63,486 nucleotides of DNA, filler included, from Choristocarpus tenellus KU-1152 (GCA_964200185.2; 13 parts of 13 records of this genome joined end to end with filler, not necessarily neighbours in it); one strand, 5' to 3'; numbered from the whole stretch's first letter, positions 50,121 through 62,501 are shown. The notes: generated from the sequence alone by a model not told the origin. Made by a program: numbers and translations.

Positions 50121-50837
50121 TGCAACCTTCGTGACACCCTTCGCGCTAGGGAAGGTCTAGAGGTGTACTCCTCACGCTTTGGGGGGGTGTTGGGGCTGAT
50201 ATGTGATTTGGGCTACATCGAGGACTCAAGTATAGCTCGTGCAATCTCACACAAAAGACGACCAGCCATGTCCACAGTGATCGTGAAAGACACCGGTGTA
50301 ATTTACGACTTCCGCAAACGGGGCATGTACTCCGGGCCGCTCAACTTCCTTCCAGTCAGTGAACTCCTGCATTCCCCCATAGAGTCTCCCGATTCGGAAG
50401 GACTCCTGCCAACGATTCCTAATGGACCTCACCCAGGGTTTCTGGGCTACGCTGTGGATCTCGTGCGTCTGAGACCTGAGTATGAACCTCTCCGCCTCAC
50501 AGTTTTGTACGCTGTCTTCAAAGACCTATCAGTTTTTGAGACCTGCGTTGAGGCCGAAGAGGCACGGCATCGGTCGGGTTGCGAGCATCTTTTTTACTGC
50601 GCCCTTGATTTCGGACCTGGTGATGTTCTCGAACGGGAGAGAGGTTGGCCAATCGCTCATATCAGTCACTGGGGCTTTCGACCTCTCTTTTCCTTTGGGG
50701 TGGGGATGTATAGGGGAAGTGGGAGTGGCACATACACGGTAGGGGTGAGGGAAACTCTGGCTCAACACGAGAAGATGGCGAAGCATGCCCTAAGATCTCT
50801 AACGCGTATACGCTATGGAAGAGTGTTACGTGGTTAA
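50121..50837 (+). CDS. DMS3/SMCHD1/GMI1-type SMC-hinge-domain protein, 3' part (5'-truncated by the spacer)
   Basis: Open from the contig edge; GVLGLICDLGYIED, MSTVIVKD, LPTIPNGPHPGFLGYAVDLV, LRLTVLYAVFKDLSVFET and CALD parallel DMS3 hinge motifs (GVLG.VA.LG.V.D, LPNGE.PPGFLGFAVNMI, LRETLFY.LF..LQVY.T, SLDG). Confidence 0.75.
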   Translation, partial: CNLRDTLRAREGLEVYSSRFGGVLGLICDLGYIEDSSIARAISHKRRPAMSTVIVKDTGVIYDFRKRGMYSGPLNFLPVSELLHSPIESPDSEGLLPTIPNGPHPGFLGYAVDLVRLRPEYEPLRLTVLYAVFKDLSVFETCVEAEEARHRSGCEHLFYCALDFGPGDVLERERGWPIAHISHWGFRPLFSFGVGMYRGSGSGTYTVGVRETLAQHEKMAKHALRSLTRIRYGRVLRG

Positions 50838-52126
50838 GGGAGAGGACGAGTACCTATATAGAGATTTCGCCGGTTGGTGGGTATACTATACCTTCCTCTA
50901 TTTGTTGTGTGCTGCTCATGTTGGGTAGCTTGTGTAATGGATGGGGGAGTGAGCAGAGCTTGCTTGCTCGGTGCCATGAGATGATCGATTTTGTTTGTTT
51001 GTTGGACTTGTCGTCTGGATTGTTTGCGCTCTCTCATTAACGACGGACTATCGCTACTGTTCTATGACCACTTCCCTCCCTGATGTAGTGACATTTTTGC
51101 CGTCCAGAGCCCTGTGCTAGTCAGGTTGCATTTTCCATCATTGTTTGTATTCCCTCTTACACATGTGCAGTGCGTACCTGGTGGTGCACTAGTATAGTGG
51201 TAAAAACACCAGAACATATCCTTAGACACATATATCTGTCAGTACATTCTCCACAGTACTTCGTAAATTGAAGCATGCATGATACGATTGCAATAGCACT
51301 CACTGGCCCCACTGCTGCGATCGTTGCATGGTTGATCGATGCCCATGATATGGATGGGTAACAAATATCGACTTGCTTTGGGAGTGTTGAGAGTAGTAAA
51401 ACTAGAAGAGTTCTAGAGGAAGGTGTATAGAGTATAGTGTGAGTAAGAGAGAATAAGGTAGGACACATCAAGCAAGAAAAACTCAGAAATGCACTACTGT
51501 TGGCTCAAATATCTACACAACGAGTGGACAAAAAAGGGGGTACCCCTACATTCTTAGGTAGCAATTGAGCATAAGGTGGCTTAATTCGAAACCCATTCGT
51601 CTTACTTCAATCTTCTTATTCAATGTATTATTATTTATGCCTACACTTGATATCTTTGCAGATATCAGATTTTGTCATATAGGAAACAAGGGTTGAACAA
51701 TACAATATATAATCTCCATATGATCTATGGATGTGTGTGATATAGAGTGATTCGCTAAGTCGTGCGAGTACCCCTCTTTTGTTTGGTCTGGAACGAGAAG
51801 GTACTCTACATTTCCACATCCTATGTACTATCACTACTTTTCTGAACAGGTACCTTCCTTAAAACGTTTGGGCGACAAATAACGGTTATACATACGCTTC
51901 CTCTTAAAAACACGAACAGGTAACTCCTCTGTCTACGCTGTATAACGTTTACCCAAGTCCTTCCAAGATTGCCTCAAGTCGGTATGTATTCATTATGGGA
52001 AGACAGATTCGAGGCGATATACTCAGTACTATTTTATTATTATGCCCTCTGACATCTTGCAGATATGCCAGGGGAAAACCAATGAAAAAACATTAAATGC
52101 GAGAATTGTGCTATTAATCTTGGGAA

Positions 52127-52340
52127 GTATTGCTATTTGATCAGTAGTGAAAATAAGAATGGTGCGGAGCCTAACACGATTCCCCATTGCTGAATATGTT
52201 TGAAAGGAAGAGTGAGTTGTGTTTTGTGTTGTTCTTTTATATTATTATTTGTGCGTCAGATGTAGGTCAACTACCATATACGAGTAGTTTAATAATTACA
52301 ATACCAAACCCCATATATAAACAAGACATACTACAATGTT
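52127..52340 (-). mobile_element. partial/solo LTR related to the Copia LTR at 26229-26541
   Basis: gtattgctat..tcagtagtgaa..aagaa..gtg..gag.ct.acacga and tattattatttgtg..tgta.gtcaac are shared with 26229-26440. Confidence 0.55.
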
Positions 52341-52434
52341 GGCAGTCGTCTCCTGCACCAACTTTGTCATGTCATAACATTTGATCAATAATTTTTTTCG
52401 CGAAAGCTCATTTATTGTAGTCGCACCAGAATGC

Positions 52435-52995
52435 TTAACCTTATTTGATGGGTGTCGGTTGGTCAACTTGGAGTAATCGAGAGAAATACAGGACCATACT
52501 TAAATCAAGTGGTCCGCGCGAACCGCGTATTATAGGATGATTTTGACGCCTGCAGAGGTCATCTTCACCTGGAGAACACGGGCGTAGTTGTCTCTCCATT
52601 CTCTTCCCATCATTTCCTATTTATGCGATATTGTCAACTGCTGACTAAGGCTCACTCATGGGGGTCCAGGCCTCTGAACCAGACAATATATGCCAAGTCA
52701 AATGAGGTATTCTGAAGGTTCAGGCCTCCTGTGAGACTTTAAAAGGTCTTGTACACCCTGTCCAATTTGATGCACCCCACGCTTTTCTCGTTGGGATATA
52801 TCAGGTGGTAAGCAATGACCAACCTGAAGAAACTCTTCACAAATACTCTAGACAGAGCCCCCTTTCCTCCTCAAGACTGACAGGAATGTTGGCTCTCATT
52901 CGGCAACATGTCACATTGGCCTCGTACATAGTGCTTCGCCTGCCCCCAGACCATCTCTATTGGGTTCAATTCACAGTAGTACTTTGGAAATATCA
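52435..52995. repeat. unclassified interspersed repeat (copy 2, uninterrupted)
   Basis: Collinear with 11070-11602 plus 12239-12306. Confidence 0.8.
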
Positions 52996-53076
52996 AGCGG
53001 TGTTCTGGCCGACGCTCAACCAGAATCGTGTCCTGTGAGTGGCTTAAACAGTGTTAAGCCGAGGTTAGCCCACGTA

Positions 53077-53426
53077 CTGTTGCGGCAGTGACCAATCTTT
53101 TTGAAAAGGTCGCCCAACGAGTTAATTGACAATCAGCATATCAAATAAAGGCTCTGGATCTAGGCTGTCGATTTACACGAAGTAATTCTTTCGGAAAGAT
53201 ATTTTTGGTCGTGATAATTCATTCCGGAACATTTTCAAGGTTGTACCGAAAACATTCGGTTAAATTTTAACTTTACCAAAATAATTTTTCGAAAGAATTA
53301 TCTTCTGGAAATCGATAGCTTAGATCAAGAGCTTTCATTCGATAGGCTGTTCATTGTTTAAATTGTTGGGCAACCTTTTCAAAACAATCAAGATTGGTAT
53401 CATCCTAGAGGTGACTGCCAACACTG
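53077..53426. mobile_element. foldback MITE with ~130-bp imperfect TIRs, flanked by TA (Tc1/mariner-like)
   Basis: accaatcttttt gaaaaggtcgcccaac...attctttcggaaagatatttttggt mirrored at 53275-53398; outer ends TA|CTGTTGCGGCAGTGACC and GGTGACTGCCAACACTG|TA. Confidence 0.75.
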
Positions 53427-54438
53427 TATGTCATTAGTTACACTTGGGTCAAAGTATCTTGGGGGGGGGGTGTCGGCGTCCGNNNNNNNNNNNNNNNNNN
53501 NNNNNNNNNNNNNNNNNNNNNNNNNNTTAATTAATTAANNNNNNNNNNNNNNNNNNNNNNNNNNNNNNNNNNNNNNNNNNNNTAAGACCGTTTTCGCAAA
53601 ACAACCATCCTCGTAGTCCCGCTCCATCCCGAATTTTGAAAATCCTCTGTTCTATGAACAAATTCTAGGTGATACGTGCATGCAACTGTTTCAACATCAG
53701 ATACCTAGGGGTACCAGTCCCGAGCAAGCAAGTGCTCAATCGTACCTTGAAACTTTCAATGTTTCATCATGGGAAGAGTTCGTCACTCCTAGTCTGAAGG
53801 AATCATCCGTGTTCAATCCTCTGGATAGAACATTCTGTAGCGTGTTCGATATTCGTGAAGAGTCAAAGGAAACATGTTTGGGCGTTTGCAAGGAGGGTAA
53901 TTGAGTTGATTGATTCTCTTAAACAGGAGTCAAGAGTGAACACGCAAGACATATGTGACCGTGACTCCGTTGACCTTACCCCAGTCGACGTGATTTCCCT
54001 GCTCACGGAACGTCTTCGGTACTGTGTGTTCAATGTTGGTGTTTTACCTTCAATTCTGGGAGTCTTGCGTTCGAGTCATACTTCGGTTGAGTTTCCACTA
54101 CAACGAGGCACTAAACTGGCTAGTAGACTACCGTATCGCGCAGCACCAAAAATATTCAACACTATTCGGTAAAGTGTAACTGATTTGGAAAAACAGGGCA
54201 TTATAAAACCCTTATCTAGTCCATTGGCATCCCCTGTTACCATGGTCGCAAAGCCTAGTGGATCTCCTCGTTTCTGAGTGGATTTTATAGGAACCATAAA
54301 TAGACATTTGTTTTGTAGTTCATGGCCTTTACCATCCATGGATGAGTGATTATCCACCTTGAGGGGTTCTAAATATTTACCTTGTTTAGTTATTCGATCA
54401 GTCTATTGGCAACTACCGATAGCTGAGGAATGCCAAAG

Positions 54439-54641
54439 GACCCAAAGTATCGGGGAGGGGGAGTGAGGACTAAACCAGGGTGTCCATTTGGACCAAAATC
54501 AGCAAAAGAGAATTTATAATATCCATCCGACATATGTAACCAAATCACCCAAAAATCGCGACATGAAAAAATTGACCCCAAGTGGACAGTCGCCCCCCCC
54601 CCCCCCCCCCNNNNNNNNNNCCCCCCCAGATACTTTGAGCC
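54439..54641. mobile_element. same MITE family inserted in the Gypsy RT
   Basis: Splits YWQLPIAEECQ / KTAFITPDG; TIRs present. Confidence 0.85.
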
Positions 54642-54714
54642 AAGACAAAAAAACTGCATTCATCACACCTGATGGGAAATGTGAGTTTCAGAGGTCACCA
54701 TTTGGAGTACAAAG

Positions 54715-54795
54715 TGTTAGAACATTAGTAAACCCCTGAGCTACCAAGCAGGTGACTATCTGCTCGGTAGCTCAGGGGTTACTAGTGTTTCAACA
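54715..54795. mobile_element. 81-bp hairpin micro-MITE, TGTT...AACA, 5-bp TSD CAAAG
   Basis: ~36-bp inverted arms; CAAAG at 54710-54714 and 54796-54800; removal restores PFGVQSAPWIFQR. Confidence 0.9.
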
Positions 54796-57439
54796 CAAAG
54801 CGCACCGTGGATCTTCCAACGCTTTCATGTTGGAATTTTTTTCCACCATCGGTCCTAGCTCTGGGTTGTTGGTATGTTTAGACGATATTGTATTAGCCTC
54901 TCCATCATGGACACACCATAAAGAGTTAATCACTACAGTATTGCCAATGTTACAAAATGTAGGGGTTACGTTAAAGCCATCCAAGGCTCAATTTGGGTCA
55001 AAGCAAATCCATTTTTTGGGACAAGATGTTAGTTCATATGGAATCGCTGTATCTCAAGCTCGTATGGAAGCTATTTCATATATGCATCTCCCCCTCAAAA
55101 CGGTGAAAGGCTTAAATTATATCTTAGGTTATATGAACTTTGTTAGGGAATATATTCCTCATCTAGCAACAGCAACAGTGCCGTTAGTTGAACTGATTCC
55201 CCATACACAAGGGGGAAGTTAAAATATATATATATATATACCTCCTTAAAGCAATCAAAGAAAGACCACAAGGACATCTCATCTAGATGGAATAGACCAC
55301 AGCAAACTGCTTTAGATGAGTGCAAACGACTTTTAACTATGGCTCCAGTGCTACATTTTCCTGATTTTTGTAAGGATTTGTTTTTCGTGTAGATGCCAGT
55401 AATGTTAGGATGGGGACGTTTTTGGCCATGAAAATGACGATGGCAATTTTGATATAATTGCATACCATAGTGCCTTTCTTTCCACCTCCCAATGGAAATG
55501 TTCTGCTACACAAAAAGAGTGCCTTGCAGTTATTCCGGCAATTCAACTCTGGAGACCATATATTTGAGTTAAACATTTCACAGTTATTAGTGATCATTCA
55601 TCCTTACGGTGGCTCCATAAATGCAAGATACGTCCAATCTGTTAACTCGATGGGCCTTAGCCTTGCAAAGTTTTGATGTTACCGTCCTCCGTAAGCCTGG
55701 CAGATTACATTACATCCCAGATATGTTGTCACGTCCTCAACTGGAAGAATTCCGTAAACATGAATCTGAACCAGCATCCCTAATTCCTCTATGTCGAAAT
55801 ATGGGTACAATAACCACTAATGCAAATTCTCAAGCAAGTAAGGTATACCCTGCCTATGAATTGTCTGTGGATCGACTAGGTGAAATTACTAAAGTGGCAA
55901 ATGACTCTGAGCTCTTTGCATGCTCCATCAATGTTTTTCCAGTAATTGATACAGAAGTTCTAGCCAAAGCCCTACATGATCAGTTTGGAGCATATTTTCA
56001 ATACCTGGCAGACCCACGTAATCCAACATTATCCACTAAGGAAACGGCCTACACCATGTCATATCCTTTCACTCAGGAACAAGAGAATAAACTTTTACTC
56101 TACCGGTCTTACTAACCTGGTCATCTTCGAAGAAATGGAGAATTTCGCGATGAGTTAGTAACCCCAATGGAGGTTCAGGGTTTGATTTTACATGCCCTAC
56201 ATGACCATAAAGTTGTAGGACATCCTGCTTTCAAACACACATTTGACCAGGTTCGAGATAGATTTTTGTGGCCAACCTTACATAAAGATGTGAGGAAGTG
56301 GCGTGAAACTTGACAGTCCTGTCAAAGGCGGAAGACCACTCAAACTGTTACCCCACTACCTACAGGACATAAGCCTGTTACACGTCCATTTCAGCGACTT
56401 GCTATTGATCTAGTTAAATGTATGACCACGTCAGACGGTGCAAGATATGTGTTATTCGCTGTAGACCATCTTACAAGATTCGCAATCTTGGTTGGCTTTG
56501 CAATTAAGCAAGAAAAAATCGTGGCTAAAGCTCTTGTCGATTGTAATTTTTCCGTTTTTGTTCCTCCTGAAACACTCTACTCTAACCAAGGCAGAGGATT
56601 TGAGAATAAACTCTTGGCTAAGTTCCGTAAAGTGTATGGATATCATACAACCAAGACAACAGCATATCGACCTCAAGGCAATAGCGTATGTGAACGAATT
56701 CAATCCACAATGCATGGTATGCTGATCGTGTATTCAAATATTGACCAATCTGACTGGGCCTCATTATTGTCCTTTGTACAGCTAGTACACAATACAGCTT
56801 ATAATACCACTGTTGAAGAAATCCCTTTTTTTCTCATGTTTGGGAGGCGGCCTGGTGAGTTGCCACCAGATTCCACAGTTAGAGATGATGTTTCATATTC
56901 ACTACCAAGATGGTGGAGGCGACGCCGATAAATTCTTGAAGACCATATCATGGCTCAGTCCGGGTGGTATCTTAAAGCTGATCTATTAAACGACTTGAGG
57001 CTCATGAGGTAGAAAAAATGCTCTAATCGAGAAACACAAACACGGGTTTGTCCTATCTGTGAGAAGCATGCATATTTTTTCAAATATTATTTACCACAGG
57101 TATTATATTTTAATTTATTTTAACAAATACGCATTAAACAAAATATTTGAAGTTCAACTTTCTGGTTGTCCAAGCACCTTGAAGGCATTGAAGAAGAGGT
57201 GATAGTGGTTGTCCAAGCACCTTGGAGGCGTTGGAGAAGAGGTGATAGTACGGGATGATGAGTCTTCCAACCACCCATGACACTATCCCCACAACACTCC
57301 NNNNNNNNNNNNNNNNNNNNNNNNNNNNNNNNNNNNNNNNNNNNTTAATTAATTAANNNNNNNNNNNNNNNNNNNNNNNNNNNNNNNNNNNNNNNNNNNN
57401 GTGGTGCAATAGAAGATAGAAAGGGAAAGGGGGGAGGGG

Positions 57440-57441
57440 AA

Positions 57442-57483
<42 letters not shown>

Positions 57484-57631
57484 ACGCCAGGGAGTCCATT
57501 TGGAGCATTAACAGGAAAAGTGCACTTACTTTATCCATCCGACGTATGGAACCAAATCACCCAAAAATCGCGACTTGAAAAAGATTGGCCCCAAATAGAC
57601 AGCCGCCACCCCCCCTTAGATACTTAGAGCC
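57440..57631. mobile_element. same MITE family, partial
   Basis: Shared internal sequence and right end gatacttagagcc. Confidence 0.75.
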
Positions 57632-59054
57632 AACAGGAGAGTTAGGAAGCATAAGAAAACGGGGGAATTGCATGTGTCTCCTGTCCTTCTCTTTTGCATA
57701 GTATTTTTCTAGTAGAATCAAGTATGTGTATACCCTTGCAAACTACTTTGGAGTATGTAACGACTATGGATGACGTATTCGTGTGACCTGTTGATGACTG
57801 AATAAGTCGTGCTACTTGGAAGTAATCGTCTTGAATGCAGGCATAGTCTAACCTCCATCTGCAGTCAGAACGTCTTAAGGAGGAATATTTCATATGGGGG
57901 GAAGAAGACCTTTGTACATCGGCTCTTATTCAATCTTGCTCAGTACCCTTCTAACTCACAGTGAATTCGGACAGATAAGATTGTGTGACTGTTTGAGGTG
58001 TCCTTACGGATATACTGTGGGATGTCATAGTTATGTTTGAACACCCCCACCACAGTGGTGTAGTAGGTTGGACATTAATCTACTGTGTCACTCATATCAA
58101 TCAATACCTGGAGATAAACATAGGAAAGAGGAGAGTTATCAATGCTGAGTTAAAGTAAACGAGGTACCCAGAGTTGCATTTTTCAAGGGTGCTGACAAAT
58201 ATGCGCAAAAATCGTCCTTTCTTACAAATGCGTATAGGATAATTTCCGAAATTGGGGTAAAAAAAATTCAAACGAAGAGAAATCAACGGTCTCAAGTCAA
58301 ACTTAGCACTTCATCCATGGAGATATGGGTGAATTGCAAAAGATGAAAAAAAAATAGCATATAATCCAAAACGACAAAAAACATTTGGGACCTTTCGTTC
58401 ACTTTGACTCAGCTGAGGTTATTTCATCCACTCAGTTAAAGCAAAACGTAAAGAAGAGATTTGTTGAACAAACACCCTTTAGCCAAAAGGTTTTTGACCA
58501 TTTTAGAGTTCTAGTTCCAAGCGTTGGGAACATAGCTTTCAAAATGTGGTGAATCAGAATCCAGGGATATGAAAGTAATGATTATGGGTTTCTGTTGTAG
58601 AAACCAGGTCCAACCATCCAAGCCATGTCAAAGAGGGAAAGTAAAGGGCATTGCTGTAGTTCCTCGTGGACAGAAAATGACAAGTCGAACGGACCCTGGG
58701 GAGAGTTGTAGCTAATTGTGTACTCTTAGTGGATAACCCTTGCAATCAGAAAGGGTACTATTAAACTCCCTGACTGTCTATCTTCTTTTTTTGTCCTAGA
58801 TGAGAACGTCCGCCCTTTTGACAAGTTCTCAAGAGCCAAACGTAATTGAGAAAATAGAGAGGTCTTGGTCCTTTAGCAACCCAAGACATATTTCTTACCC
58901 TGTGAAATGCGCCCCATTTCATTGCCTCATGTGGTCAACAGTGTACGCAATATTGATATTCCACCTTTCCACGCACAAGCTGACACAATAATGAAGGTAT
59001 ATATTCAATTATTTAACTGTTCCTTTTACAGGGGTAGTCGTGATATAAATCGTT

Positions 59055-59465
59055 ATTAACGAATGACATTTTTCAGATGTATGAGGGAAATAGCCAAAAC
59101 GATATCACAAGGACCCCTAGAAAAGTAATAGTTGTCGTAAATGTCAAAGATATCGGTCTAAAATATATTTAATATTTGAATACCATCTATACTATACACG
59201 CTCCCTTAAATCTAGGTAATTGCTTGACTTTTTCCCGGACAATATTGTTATGCCCTCTGACATGTTGCAGGTGTGTGAGGGGAAAAGTCAAACCAATATC
59301 ACAACCACCCCCGCAAAACTAACAGCTGCCGTCAATGTGAAACATATCGCTCTAAAATCTGTTTACTACTTGAATACCACCTGTACTACACATTCCCTGA
59401 AAGGCTCGTGATTACAATGTTATGTCTACATTGCTACTATGCCTCCAACCTATTTTCTCCCTACA
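59055..59465 (-). mobile_element. two tandem copies of the CRE-3'-end repeat
   Basis: Same tail and body as 23660-23882. Confidence 0.7.
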
Positions 59466-60309
59466 CAAAACTGGGCAAGAATATAATAATATATGTGTTC
59501 ATAACACATTCAAAAATACCGTTTTACAAAGTCATACCGTTGTGCCAACTCTATCAACTCTACATTAACTTCCCTCTTGTCCCCATCACATATCAGACAT
59601 ATTGGGGTTACTGCTATTATTTTGTACACTTCATCGTATAATTATTTTATCACTTTAGTATAGTGACTTCTCCAGTACTTCCACCATACCTAAGATCTTT
59701 GACCAGTGGTCAGATGGCAGTGCACACTCCAATATTTCTCCCTACAAACTAATTGCTGCACTGTAACGAATTACACCACTATGTGGGTGCCTTGATTTTT
59801 TTCGTGCGTTGGGTTCAGTCATCCCATTATTCGTCACTTGCCTTCTCAGTCCTTCAAATTTGGTGTGTAATCGTATGTCTCCATTAAGTCTCAGTCATCA
59901 AAATCTGGATGTTTCACGTCCCTTTTTTGTGGTTCAGTGGAGGATACTAAGGTGCACATGTGTACATTCCCAACGTACTTCCCACCTGGTCCATCTAAGT
60001 CAGATTTCGTCGGCATCCCCATGACCGGTTTTGCTTTTGAAGATGCTCTTCCACACGATAAGCACAACAGATTGTGCACTTGAACTATTTATTTTGTCTC
60101 TCCCATACCACAAAAACGCCGGATCAAGACCAGGGTGAACACTTTGGGGTGGGTCCAGCAGAAGATTCGAGGGAGGAGACAGGGGGATGAAGGGTCGGAG
60201 TGCTGAACCCAACGGACGAGAAGCAAGGGAGGAGCAGCGGCAGTACAATCATTGATAATTCTAGTGTAACTGATAGAATAACAGAGAAGTAGTTCTATGT
60301 GAAATGTCT

Positions 60310-60390
60310 CTGACCGGAAATGATGCCGTACATCAATGTGCTTTGTCCTACCGGAACTCAAAGGGTTGTTTGCCAAATGGATGGCTCCTG
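60310..60390 (-). mobile_element. Copia RNase H C-terminal fragment
   Basis: GAIHLANNPLSSGRTKHIDVRHHF. Confidence 0.75.
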
Positions 60391-61665
60391 NNNNNNNNNN
60401 NNNNNNNNNNNNNNNNNNNNNNNNNNNNNNNNNNTTAATTAATTAANNNNNNNNNNNNNNNNNNNNNNNNNNNNNNNNNNNNNNNNNNNNTTTAAAGTTT
60501 TTCATGTGTTTGATTTAATAAAAACATTTTGTGGGGAGGAGGGTTGGTGAGGGGTAAAGCCCCCCCCCCCCCGATAAAGTGCAGCAAGGGAGCTTTAGTA
60601 TGTAGCACACATATCTGCTGCTTTTGGTAATGGAGGATATGCTTTTGAAGAAATTGACTAATGGAAGGGATTTCCGTTGCTATCCCAATTTTGTTTTTCA
60701 TATTTTTTTACTGAATATGGAGGGTTGGGGAATTCACAACACTCCGATTTAAATTGATAGTACTTGGAATATATATATTTTTCCATTAAATGGAGATTTG
60801 CACTCTACTCAGGTTCTTTTTTTTTAATGGCATGCCAATTGGATACTTTAATTTTTAGGGTGGATGGCAAAGGCATCAACATTTTCGTTTTTCAGAATGT
60901 AATCGTATGTTTAGTTTTATAATTGTGTATGTATAGATACACTTTTTGTTTTGTTTTATGAATTACGCAGGAACAAAGTCGTTTAATTACAGTGTGTGTC
61001 ATGTTTTAAAGAGCAGACTACTTCCACCTGTATTGTATTGATTCTTACTACTCCATTGGATGATACAGGATTGGGATTAGGGTTAGGGTTAGGTCCTTTT
61101 ATTTTTGTTTTTCCATTCTCGTGTGACTCTGAAGGAACAATACGAATATAGAAAATAAAACAAAAAACAAGTGTTTTTTTTGTTTTTTCAAGAATGTATC
61201 ATCTTAATCGGTACTAGAAGTGGATTGTGCTTGAAGGGGGTTTGTTGCACTGACTGTTTTTTTTAGTGTTCAAGAAAGAAAGAAAAAATGTAAAAGTTTA
61301 AACTCTCAAACATCTTTTTGGTATAATTGAAGGAAAAAGTGAGTAGATAACGGACTGACTTTGGTCTTGATCAACATTTTGTAGTGCTATATTTGGAGTG
61401 TAGTTTACCTTGCACACCCCTTGCCATTTAAGTTTAGAATATTGCTGTACTGCAGACTATTTAGAACCCTTTTTTTGCTGGTGACAGGGGGAGAGAAATG
61501 GAGGGGATTTTATTATCGGTAGTCCATTTGAGAATTAATAAATTTCAATAATTTTTATATTATTGTTTTGATGGGAGGATGCAACGAGATCCCATTATTT
61601 TTTAGTATACTACGTGGTATGTGTTAGAGTAAATATATACAAACATAACTAGGGTGTTCTGCAAC

Positions 61666-61675
61666 AGTAGCAGTG

Positions 61676-61709
<34 letters not shown>

Positions 61710-61920
61710 TGGTAGTGGTGGTGGTGGTAGTAGTGGTGGTGTTATTATTATTGTTAGTTGTAGTAATAGTAGTAGTGGTAGTAATAGTAGTAGTAATAGT
61801 AGTAGCAGTGGTGGTGGTGGTGGTGGTAGTAGTAGTAGGTAGTAGTGGTAGTAGTAGTGGTAGTAGTGGTGGTGGTGGTAGTAGTAGTAGTAGAAATAGT
61901 AATAGTAGTAGTGGTAGTAT
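61666..61920. repeat. (AGT/GGT)n compound trinucleotide microsatellite
   Basis: Directly visible. Confidence 0.9.
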
Positions 61921-62501
61921 GATTGGGACTTTTTTTTAACCTACTCATTGACGATAATATGACATTGTTACTTTTTTAGGAACTTTTCTGACATTTGAAT
62001 AGTTTTCATTGGTTTTTCCCCTGATATACCTACAAAATGACAATGGGCATAATAACTAATAAAATAACTAATATGCTTTTTCTAATCGTTACACTGAACT
62101 CATCCTATTGCTGTACTGCGTATTGTGTACCACATCAATGTAAGTTTTTTGTTAGAACCAAGAAATAGCAATCGATGGGGCAACTTATTCAAAATATTTC
62201 AAATTTTGATGGGTTCAAAATTCTGAAGTCGACAGAGGTGTGTAAGAGTACAACAATTGATTATATATATTGCCAGCTTTTTTTTTTTCTTAGGCATAGT
62301 GTACCGCCAACAAATTGGAAACCCTGTATTTGTATCCTTCATGTTGATAGTGATCTGTGGTTGTATGTGTATTGTATATATTGCAGGGTGAAGAGGTGAA
62401 GGGTGTTTGTAGGCCCGACCCTCTGTCGTTTATTTATTGTTAATTTTAATATTGCTTCCTTGTTTTTTGGTTTATTGTTGTTTGAATTGTTCTTTTTTCA
62501 G

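Larger units (their letters stand above)
53650..56990 (+). mobile_element. Ty3/Gypsy pol pseudogene (RT, RNase H, integrase)
   Basis: PYRAAP, SP.ASPV.MV.K..G..RF.VDF, YWQL, KTAFITPDG, PFG, CLDD, DAS, LTRWALALQSFD, HDH..GH...C.SCQ, PFQRLAIDL, VDHLTRF, YRPQGNS.CER; RT-RH-IN order; many stops. Confidence 0.92.

Noticed and set aside
58050-58130. tRNA-like A-box (tggtgtagtagg)
   Set aside because: No B-box or cloverleaf.
61654-61948. poly-Val/Ser/Thr ORFs
   Set aside because: Translations of a trinucleotide microsatellite.
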